This document shows, one piece after another, positions 53,491 to 64,000 of a stretch of DNA of 64,000 nt. The translations under genes were made by a program, and so were the position numbers. This stretch comes from Vicugna vicugna (taxonomy: Eukaryota). A model generated the notes under the pieces. The model saw nothing but the letters and a program-made list of their open reading frames with translations, was not told the DNA's origin and did not search any database. The first letter of the stretch is position 1. Each line of letters begins with the position of its first letter. The stretch spans positions 1,304,001-1,368,000 of the forward strand of contig MU058153.1 in the NCBI GenBank assembly GCA_013265495.1, written 5' to 3'.

Positions 53491-56400
53491 CACCGAACAA
53501 CCCTGTGAGGCAGGTGCTATTGTCATCAACCCCAGTTTACAGCTAAGACACTGAAAAAAATAAACAACTTGTCCAAGAGTCACAGTGAGTGCTAGAGCCA
53601 GCATTCAAACCCATGCAGTCTGACTTTGAGGTTTAAGCACTTAACCTCTACATTATGATGCTATGCCTTTTAAACACTCCATAGTAAGTGATCAAAAAAA
53701 TTAGCTATTTTTAACATTGAGAAAAAGGCATATCCCTCACTGTTTTTCTGTCTTCCTCTCTCTCTCTTCTCCCTCATTTTTCACATAATCTCAGATCTTG
53801 ACCTTGGATGTGAAGGAAGGACTATGTTGTTTATTATTATTATATTATTATTATTATTATTATTATTTCCATAATACATTGAAATCATTAGAAGAAGCTA
53901 TACATTTGGAGGATCAAGTCTCTGTAGTATGCAGGGTTTCAGTGGAGAAGGCAGTATAGTTGTGCAGGGACTGTTGTCTGAGCTGCTGGGAGCCAGGGTG
54001 GACATGCCATTTCTGAGAACATCCCCTTCCCTGCTGCCCATGAAAAGAGGTCTGTAAGAGGAAGAGTGACAATGGCAGAGGACCTCTGTCAGCCTTTACT
54101 TACGTCTGCAGAACCTTTCTGTGTCTGAGCTCCCAGAAATACACCAGCTCCAGGACAGTGTCATTTCATCCCTCAGTGTACCCTACGTGGCTATGGTTTT
54201 GGACTTAAATGGCCTGAGAGCCAAGCTCAGCTGTGCCACTTCTGAGCTATGGGGCCTGTGGGAAAATAAATACGCTGTCTGTGTTTTCAACAGTAAAGTG
54301 TGAAGCGTGGCAATACCTATATTTCTGGCTTGAGATGATACTTGAAAATGATAATGCAGTGTAAGCACTGTGAACTAGGAAGTGATACACAAATATCAAG
54401 GCAATTCTGTGAGCAGAGACCACAGAAGCTCCGCCCACGTGGCAGTCCTCACTTTCTTCCTGAAGTCAGGAATCAGACGCAGCAGCGATGAACACATACT
54501 GAGCAGTGCTTACATACTAGACTTTGCAGTGAGCTGGGGATTTCAAGAGTTCCTCACAAAGTCCCTGGCGTCAAGGTACTGAGAGACTATAAAGCTAAGT
54601 AGTCATATGTAGATGACCTTAATACTGTGGAGCAACCCGGAATATGGAGCTAGTCATTCTTCCCTTAAGTGTTAGGGGCTATCAGAGAGAATGAGACATC
54701 ACAGTGCCTAACAGAAAGGGTAATGTGGGAATTCTAAACAGCCTAGCTAAGCCTACATTCTGAGAGTTAAAAGAGCCCTGCTTATTTAGGAATGTAACCT
54801 GGCGTGATTAGACTGTACACCTCTGGCTGGAGCCATAAAAATACTAACTTTGAGCTTCTGGCACCACATCTCATTTAATATTTTTCTTCCAAGTTTGCCT
54901 TGCCTCACTAAGAAATTTCTTTTTATTTCCAAAGTAGCAAGAGCTGGACACATTCAAGATCTGGTGATACCCAGTGTTTATACATACCCGAGGCTTTGAT
55001 TTCCTCCCTTTATTTTTTGTTTTTAATTACAAAGTAATGCATGTATATATCCTGACTATTAAAATACTCAAGCATACATAACACAGAGAAACCATGAAAA
55101 TCTCCCCACCATCCTCACTTATAATTTCTTTTCCAAAATTTATTCTGGTTAACTCTTGGTGTGCATTCTTCCAGTACTCTTTAGATTTTAGTGTAAATCT
55201 CTAAATAGACACTTAGGACCTATACATGTGTGTTCTTTCTTCCTTTTAATTTCTTGCATTTCTGTTAGTTAACTACATTTTTTCTACAACTTGCTTTTTT
55301 TTTTTTACTTAAAAAGTTATGTTGCAGTGTATTTTTAAATAGCAGGTGTAGGTCTAAATTATATTTTTTTCAGATGTTATTTTAGTGCTGTCAGCATCAT
55401 CATTAGAAAAATACCAAATAAACAGGTTAACATATTCAAACAGTACTGAAAAATAGCCTAAAGTAAAGAGTATCTTTTCTACCCCTTCCACAACCTTACA
55501 CTTCACAAATGTAACTATTATGTATACTTTTTCCTTCCAGAACTTTCTGACTCTTACAGATCTATGTATCTAGTTCTACGTGTTTATACGTAAACTACGA
55601 TACACATATATAAAAGTTTTAAACAAAGAAGTATTATAAACAAACTGTGCTGCATCTAGCCTTTAGAAAAACTGAGAACCAGAACTTTGAGATCTTTAGA
55701 TATTATCTAATAAATAACCATATTTGTTTTAATGGTTAGTAGTATCCTCATAATATGGATACCAGTAAGGTTGTTTAACCACTCTCATTGACACATTTAG
55801 GTTGATTCTAGATTTTTGCTATCACAAATATTGCTTTATTAGGTATTCCTCCATACACAAAACTTCATTCTTGGGCAAATTTGTCAAAGTATACATAAGC
55901 CAGATTTTATTAATGTATTTCTAACAGTAGTGAGCCAGTTTATAGATTTCTTTAATTCTGTAGCATGCACTCATTCCTTCAATGACCCCTTTATGAGCAC
56001 CAGTTAACTTTCAGGCACTATTCAAGGCAAACGATGAGGTAGTAAGTAAGAGAAATATTATTGCTGAACTTATGGAGCCCACATGCTATTTGGCAAAAGA
56101 TACGTAGTTAAAAAAAAATAGGATAAATGGAGACATGCATAGATAAAAAGGAAGATGGATGGGCAAAGGGAGCCACTTTAAATGCAACTGGTCTCTCCAA
56201 AGAGGTGCTTAAACCCAAGGCTTTAATGATCACATTCAAAAGAAAACTACAAAACTGATAGATGAAGCCAGTATTTTATTATTATTTACTTCTTTAAAAT
56301 AGTGATGCTACATAATTTTTCATAGATTTTTGAAAACTTTGTCTTTATGTTTCTATCAAATGATTCATCTTCTTCACCTATTTTTTTCTGGTTGAATTAT

Positions 56401-57304
56401 AAGTATTTCCTTCACTAATTTATAAGATATGAACCTTTACTTTTTAAAGTGAGTAAGTTGAATTTTTAAGAATTAAATTTGCTCTGAATGTATGCATTAA
56501 TATATTGGGAATAAAGCTGAAGATGGTTAATTTTGCATAATAATACTCTTGGATTTTTCAAACATACAGCTTAGATACATACCAGCTCTGCTGTATTTTC
56601 TTCAGAATGATTTAATTGTCTTGCTTAAAAAATACCAGTGATATATTCTCTATCAATATCCAAAGAATAATACTGAGCTATAATTTATGAAGAAAACCTC
56701 AGAAAAGATTCCATATTAAGGTTCAAACATTCAGTGACATCTCTGTATTTCCCAAGCACAAGGAATATCAAGTTATATTTCTTTTCACAATGAAGCCTAA
56801 CCTTGCCACTCAGGCAAATGAAAGATGAGATATGAAAATTGACGTATCAACTGTGATCCCCGTATTTGCTTCTGTCTTTTGAACTCTGTAAGAAGATAAG
56901 GCAACCAAATTAATATAAATTTAAATTTTTTTATAGTTCATACATTTTAAGTGAAGAAAGAAATGAGAAACATCAGATATCACTTGGTTTTAGGGTTTTC
57001 AACAGTTTAGTTTGCTTCCAACAGCCTTTGATTCTGTGACACTAGCAGACAATTTGCAGTGGGGTCTTGACAAGTTCAAGGTTTTGTTATTTGTTTTTTT
57101 TTTATTTTTGGTTGGTTGGTTTTTGTTCTGCATCCACTACCAGAATGTTACATATCTAACAGGAATATACATAATTGTGAATTTCTTTCTACTGATAGAA
57201 TCTTCACCTTTAAATCTCTCAGCACAGATAAGTCATCATACAGGCTTAATTTTAGGCTTTTACAATTTATTTTTTCTTTCCTTTGTATTTATGAAAAGCT
57301 GAAA

Positions 57305-60075
57305 GCTAGTGCTCTAAGATAAGGAACAAGACAAAATTGCCCACTCTTCTTGCTTTTATTCAGCATTGTATTGGAAGTTTTAGCCGCAACAATTAGGCAA
57401 GAAAATGAAATAGAAATCATCCAAATTGAAAATAAATAAAACTGCCACTATTTGCAGATGACGTGATTCTTTACATTCTTAAAGGATCCAATCACGCACA
57501 CACACGCACACATACAAAACCTATTATAATTAATAAATAAACTCAGTAAAGTTGCAGGATACAAAACCAATATACAAAAACCTGTTGCAGACATGGAAGC
57601 AACCTAAATATCCATCAACAGATGACTGGATAAAGAAGTTATGATATAAATACACAATGGAATACTACTCAGCCATAAAAAAGAATAAATAATGTCATTT
57701 TCAGTAATAAGGATGGACCTGGAGATTATCATACTAAGTGAAGTAAGCCAGAAAGAGAAAGAAAAATACCATATGATATCACGTATATGTGGAATCTAAA
57801 AAAAAAAAAAGATAAATAAACTTATTTACAAGACAGAAACAGACTGACAGACATAGAAAACAAAATTGTGTTTACCACAGGGGAAGGGAGTAGGTGGAGG
57901 GATAAATTGGGAGTTTGGGATTTGTAGATAGTAACTACTATACATAAAATAAACAGCAGGGTCCTACTGTATAGCACAGGGAGCTATATTCAATACCTTG
58001 TAATAGCCTATAATGAAAAAGAGTATGAAAACAAATATATATGTGTGTGTGTATATATATACACACACATATACATATAACTGAGTCACTATGCTGGTGT
58101 GATTAACACAACATTGTAAACTGACTATACTTCAATTAAAAAAAACCTGTTGCATTTCTTACACTGAAAATCAGAGCAGGAAGTCAAGGAAACACTCCTA
58201 TTTACAAATTCATCAAAAATAATAAAATGCATAGGAATAAATTTAACAAAAAAGGTGAAAGGCCAGTACACTAAAAACAGTAAGATGCTGGTGTAAGAAA
58301 TTGTATGAAACACAAATAAATGGAAAGATATCCCATACTCATAAAGTGGAAGAATTAATATTGTTAAAATGTCCATACTACCTAAAGCAATCTACAGGTT
58401 CAGTACAATCCCTGTCAAAATTCCAATGGCAAATTGCGCAGAACTAGAACAAATAATTCTAAAATTTGTATGGGCCCACAAGAAAGACCCCAATAGCCAA
58501 AGTCATCTTAAGAAAGAAGAATAAAGCCAAAAGTATCATGCTCCCTGACTTTGAACTATATTGCAAAGCTACAGTAATCAATATGGTGTTGGTATAAATA
58601 AAAGCATATAGATCAATGTAACAGAATAGAGAGACCAAAAATGAACCACATATATATTAAATGAATTCATGATAAAGGAGACATTGTACAATGGGGAAAG
58701 GGCAATCTCTTCAATCAGGGGTGTTGGGAAAACTAGACAGCTACATTCATGCAACAGAATGAAACTTGACCACTATCTTACACCATATTCAAAAATTAAT
58801 GCAAAGTCGCTTAAAGACTTGAATGTAAGACCTGAAACCATAAAAATCCTAGAAGAAAATATAGGCAGTAAGTTCTTTGGCACTGGTCTTCACAGTGCTT
58901 TTTTGAATATGACTCCCAAAGGCAAGGGCAACAATAGCAAAAATAAACAATTAAGGCTACATCAAACTAAAAAGCTTCTTCCCAGCAAAGAAAGCAATCG
59001 TCAGTGTCAAAGAAGGAGCCTACTGAACGGAAGAATATATTTGCAAATCATATATCCTGAAAAGGATTAATATCCAAAGTATATAAAGAATTTATTCAAC
59101 TCAATAACAACAAAAAACACAAACATTCTGATTTAAAAAATGGGCAGAGGATTTGAAAAGACTTTTTTTTCAAAGAAGATCTAATGGCGGCCGATAGGCA
59201 CATGAAAAGATACCCAGTATCACTAATTATTGGAGAAATGCAAATCAAAACCACAATGAGGTATCAACCTCACACTCATCAGAATGGCTTTTATTAAAAA
59301 GACAAGAAGTAAGAAGTGTTGGCAAGAATGCAGAGAAAAGAGTGTCCTTGAGTGTTGCTGATGGGAATGTAAATTGGTGCAACCACTCTGGAAAACAGTA
59401 TGGAGATTCCTCAGAAAAATTAAAAATAGAGCTACTGTGTGATCCAGCCATTCCATGTCTGGGTATCTATTCAAAGAAAACAAAAATACTAATTTGAAAA
59501 AAAATATATGTGCCCCTATGTTCATTGCAGCGTTATTTATAATGGCCAAGATATGGAAACAACCTAAGTGTCCATCAATGGATAAATGGGAAAAGAAGAT
59601 GTGGTGTATATATACACAATGGAACACCACTCAGCCATAAAAGAGAAGGAAATCTTGCCATTTGCAATGTGGATTGACCTTGAGGGTATTATGCTAAGTG
59701 AAATAAGTTATTCTGAGAAAGACAAATAAAACATGATTTCACTTATGTGTGGAATATAAAAAACAAACCAAACAAACAAAGCAAAACGAGACCCAGACTC
59801 ACAGGTAAAGAGAACAGATTGGTGGTTGTCAAAAGAGAGAGAGGCTGGGCACGGCAAAATGAATGAAGGAGATCAAGAGTTACAAACTTCCAGTTATAAG
59901 ATAAACAAGGTACTGGGATATAATGAATAGCATGGGGAACACAGTCAATAATACTGTATCAACTTTGCATGTTGACAGATAATTAACCTTGTGATCATTT
60001 CACAATGTATACAAATGCTGAATCACTGTTGTACCATGAAACTAATATATTGCATGTCAAATATACTTCAATAGA
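57305..60075 (+). mobile_element. 5'-truncated L1 (ORF2 RT through 3'UTR), decayed
   Basis: GGAACAAGACAAAATTGCCCACTC...TTTGCAGATGACGTGAT corresponds to the RT motif GTRQGCPLS...FADD. Track ORFs read MKLDHYLTPYSKIN and PMFIAALFIMAKIWKQPKCPS. Confidence 0.92.
57590..58140 (+). mobile_element. Younger L1 3' end nested in the L1 ORF2
   Basis: GACATGGAAGCAACCTAAATATCCATCAAC...TATACTTCAATT plus polyA; perfect 14-bp TSD AAAAACCTGTTGCA (57576-57589 and 58141-58154). Confidence 0.92.
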
Positions 60076-60971
60076 AGTTTTTATGACTACTCTCATTGTA
60101 TTCATTTTATTGAATATTTGTGGATATATTATAGTGAAGAAAAGTAATCAAAATTTTTAATTTTTCAATTCTCTCTCTATACCCCCAATCCCAATTCACT
60201 CCACCTGCCATACACACATTTCTTAAATTTGCATTCACAGTTTATTTAGAGGAGAGCAGTTTTCAAACAAGTTAGGTGAGCAAAAGTAGGTGTATGATTA
60301 AATCATAATCCAGCACTGTTATTTTTCTATTTTTTTTCCCTGTTTCCTATAGTAATAGAATGCAAACAATGCTAGCCAACATTTGAACTCCGTAGTGGCC
60401 CAATGGTTAACTTCTCATGTTTCTGCTCATGAGAATAAAAGAAAAATCAGAAATATGCATAGTTTCTTTTGTCTATTAGTTTTGTATGTTGGAAAATAGT
60501 ATATTAAGTAGAAGTGACCATGTACCTGAGCAGGATGGAAAGTAGGATGAAGGGGAGAGTTACTTAGAAAAATTAGAATATGCTAAAGCAATAGAAAATA
60601 TAAGCAATTTTAATGAAATCATTTCTCAGACAAAAATTTCAATTATTCATTTTAAAACACTGAGAGTGACAAAACTCATACACCCATGCAGTCATTAGAT
60701 TTTTACTTTCCTAGAACCACAGATGACAAATTGCCAAGGAAATACCAGTTTTCTTTTTACTCAAAGTATTGAAATTACCTTTAAATTTTATAATCATCCA
60801 AAACCACAGAGTTAGTCTTTGCCATTGTTCTTTAGAGAAAATTCACCAAAAAGGAAGAGAATTAATTAGTAGAATTACAAGTTATAAGTTCTTTCAACTG
60901 TCCGGCTGGTCACCTTAAACATTTTCAATATTAAAAGTAGTACTTTATGATGAATCAAAAAGTTTTGCTGA

Positions 60972-61050
60972 TCTTGAGTTGCCCAGGGAATTATCTGCTT
61001 TGCACCTTTCAATAAATGATCCATGGACCTAAATTAGCAAAAAAAAAAAA
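60972..61050 (+). pseudogene. Very short retroposed 3' end of an unknown polyadenylated RNA
   Basis: 67-nt body with AATAAA (61011-61016) 22 nt before the polyA; perfect 15-bp TSD AAAAAGTTTTGCTGA (60957-60971 and 61051-61065). Confidence 0.8.
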
Positions 61051-63047
61051 AAAAAGTTTTGCTGAAAACCACACTGGATCACTGATGACATTGTTTACAT
61101 TGAGACCTGTGATTTAAAAAAAAAAAGTTCAGTATGCTAAACATGTTCAATCAGTACAATTTTAAAAAAATATATTATGTGCCTATTGTATGCAAGATGC
61201 TGCTCTAGGACTTTGGGGTAAGAGAGAGAGAAATATGATCAAGGTACCTTTTCTGCCAGATTTATAGTCTAGAACGTTAACTATTTCAAAGCATGAATTC
61301 ACACAACAGACCCATAAAGTAGGTTGATTTTTTTTTATCATTTTAAAGATTAAAAAAACAGACCCACATACGTTAAACACTTTTTCCAGCTAACTGATGT
61401 GGAATTGGGGGTATTTTTGATTCTAACACCCAGGTTATTTTCATTATATCATGGAAAGATAAGGCATTCTGTAGTTTGGGACCAGCCCTATAACTGATCT
61501 AAAGAAACGTACCACAGCTGACACAGTTACAAAGAAACCACGGATGGTAGAGTGGGGTCTGTCAACCCTGAACCAATGGAAGGATGCCAGCTCCTACAGA
61601 GTTAGAGAATCCGTTCCTGCGAGGACTCCAGTGTGCAGAAACACGACCTGTCACACTCGGGCTGTGAAATCTACCTTAATCAAGAGGAGGAAAAGGTGCA
61701 AAAGCACCCCCTGGGCCTTTGTAACTAGTTACTCATCTTGAACCAGGCATAGGGAAGGAGTGAACGTAAGCCCCCAGCAAAGAGCATCCATCTGTGGCTT
61801 CCTGCGGGCCCCTGAGTAACTGGAGGAGGCACAACTTTTATTTTTTTTCCCCAGAGGGAAGAAATTTTAATTTTATTTAGTAATTCAGTTTTTGATGCTG
61901 TTTTTAATTTCTGAAAATTAAAAAGAAAATAAATACAATATTGCTGTATAAATTTGACAGTCTACTAGCAATTTTTAAATCATGGTAATCTTTTTGTTTC
62001 CTCTACAGTTCTCATTTAGTCAAACCATACAGTAATACCATACAGAAATTTTGCTGACACTGCGCAATAAAAATTATTCAAAGTGGGATAATGAATCATC
62101 TTTGAGAATTATTTTTATCATGGTTTCTAATAATGTCCATGAGATCAGCTCCTGGAACCAGATTATTCTGCATCTGTTGCTCTGAAGCAAACTTGTAACA
62201 TCAGGAACCTCCTTCTCTCTTTATAATCTAGCAGTCAGAAATATTATCAAGTTTTTTTCTATCAGACCCCCCCTAAATTTTATTTGTCATGAAGGTAACT
62301 CTGAATTGATGAGATTTATGTATATTCTACGCAGACCTATGAAGAAAGCTTAGGCGATCTTAATTATTGCCCTAGAGTCATTTCCACGTTAAAAACCACT
62401 TCTCAAATGGTTTCGTCATGACACTATTATCAAGTCTTCTGAGGAATAAGATTAGTAGTGGGCATGCAAGCTGAGTGCTTTTCCTTACTTCATTTCCGTT
62501 ATGATTTTGATCATGTTGGTTGCTACTATTGGATTATTGCAAATCAAAATTAGTTTAAAACTATACTGTCTTTCAGAAGTTAGTAGCAGGTACTCAGCAA
62601 AATTAGTTTCTTGAAATGTTCTATAAAAGTGAAAAAGGGGAGGAGGGACTTTTGTAGTAAATTAAGTTTGATAAATTCTCCATATATTAGCTTACTTCAT
62701 GGAGAGCCACCATGCATAAAATCAAAGTCTCTGAAATGCCCTATAAAAGTGGGATCTGATTAACTCTATTTAGTGCAATGATTCCAAAACATATTTGACT
62801 ATAGAACCTTTTTTTTTTTACATTAAACTTTAGAACATGTTCTTTGGAGACCTTGGTTAAATCTTTATGATAAAAAGAAGTCAAGTTTCCAAATAGCCAC
62901 AAGTTCGTATGGAACATATAATCAATAGTTACGTTGCACTAGCTCTGTTTAAAAATAATTTTTAAAAGACTTTTAAAAATATCAACTGCAGGCATGTAAA
63001 ATGAGTATTATAGGGTTTAAGAGTAGAAAATATAAAACAAGATTTCA

Positions 63048-63189
63048 GGGGAGAGGGTATAGCTCAGTGGTAGAGCATATGCTTAGTATGCACGAAGTCC
63101 TGGGATCAATCCCTAGTACCTCCATTAAAATAAGTAAGTAAGTAAATAAACCTAATTACCTCCCCCTAAACAAACAAAAAGAGAGAGAA
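63048..63189 (+). mobile_element. tRNA-Ala-derived SINE (vic-1-like)
   Basis: GGGGAGAGGGTATAGCTCAGTGGTAGAGCATATGCTTAGTATGCACG...; perfect 13-bp TSD AAAACAAGATTTC (63034-63046 and 63190-63202). Confidence 0.92.
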
Positions 63190-63489
63190 AAAACAAGATT
63201 TCTATAGTTTGATGAATTTTTCAGCTTTAGGAAGGTTTCAGTTGTAGAGTATCTGTGAAGAATTATACTTAATTCTGGCTGAACTGAAGAAACATGGTGC
63301 TTCAAATTAAAGTGCTTCTTTGGAAGAAGTAAACAGGATGGTGAATATTCTGTAAGTTTTGTTATATGATTAATTAACGAAAACATCTAGGAATCAAAAA
63401 CATTGACACGAGACGACTTGGGCTGCCATTTTATTGTCTTCAAAGCTACTGTAATGGCTTCGTCACTGATATATTAGCTTTCATTCTTC

Positions 63490-63870
63490 ATTCTTTTCCT
63501 AACTCAGCCTTTACACAAGAGCTAGAGTGATTACTTCCAAATATAAATGATATTGTGTCATCTCTGTATTGAAAATCCACAATCCTGACCATGGTCTGTA
63601 AAGTCTTACTAGTCTGTATCCTGGTTGCCTTTGAATTCATTTTCTACTCAACTCAAAACCACAATGGTTTTCTCGTGAGATTTCCAAAACTCCTACATTA
63701 GTCTTTGATCTTGTGATTCCCTTTGCCTAGAGGACTCTTTCAATAGCTATGCCTGTGTCTCTCCTCTGCATTTACTCCTCCTAAATGAGAACTTTCCTGA
63801 CTGCTCTTCCCCACTCTCTCCTCTCTTTTACTGCATCACTTTTCTACTCAGCACATAATATTGGCTGATA
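63490..63870 (+). mobile_element. L2 fragment
   Basis: AGCTAGAGTGATTACTTCCAAATATAAATGATATTGTGTCA...TTCCCTTTGCCTAGAGGACTCTT. Confidence 0.65.
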
Positions 63871-63886
63871 CGATGTGATACACTTG

Positions 63887-64000
63887 CAGGCAGAAATATT
63901 ATGGTTTAGTTCTGACCACCACAATACAGGGAATATCACATTGTATCAAGTCACACAGATTTCTCCTTTCCCAGGGCATATAAAAGTTATGGTTACACTT
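63887..64000 (+). mobile_element. Tigger1 (TcMar) 5' end, continues beyond the window
   Basis: CAGGCA...GTTCTGACCACCACAATA...AGTCACACAG...TTTCCCAGGGCATATAAAAGTTATG resembles the Tigger1 left end. Confidence 0.75.

Noticed and set aside
58669..59640. Long ORFs as host genes
   Set aside because: They are frameshifted L1 ORF2 remnants or their antisense.
1..64000. Prokaryotic systems (CRISPR arrays, operons, defence islands)
   Set aside because: The DNA is mammalian; there is no repeat-spacer array or dense coding.

Overview
This is AT-rich, CpG-depleted eutherian genomic DNA, most likely from a camelid (Camelus/Lama/Vicugna). The evidence is five tRNA-Ala-derived SINEs resembling the camelid vic-1 family, young L1 3' ends of artiodactyl type, and no Alu, B1, Bov-tA or PRE-1 that I could see. 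The window looks intronic or intergenic. It is full of interspersed repeats (L1 including nested copies, L2, MIR, MLT1 LTRs, hAT MITEs, Tigger1) and microsatellites, and I recognise no known protein-coding gene. The long ORFs in the track are L1 remnants or chance. Structure not explained by repeats: (1) a diverged ~112-bp element present twice (15145-15258 and 17340-17450) with shared motif blocks and a hairpin; (2) a chain of minus-strand exon candidates that splice in frame and end in a stop overlapping AATAAA near 9425, possibly driven from a CpG-enriched region near 43.6-44.2 kb; (3) convergent plus-strand exon candidates; (4) a tiny polyadenylated retrocopy with a perfect 15-bp TSD; (5) a 139-bp-period near-perfect tandem duplication; (6) several motif-dense, enhancer-like blocks. 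Repeat family names come from recalled consensus sequences, not a database search. Boundaries are approximate unless a TSD is given.
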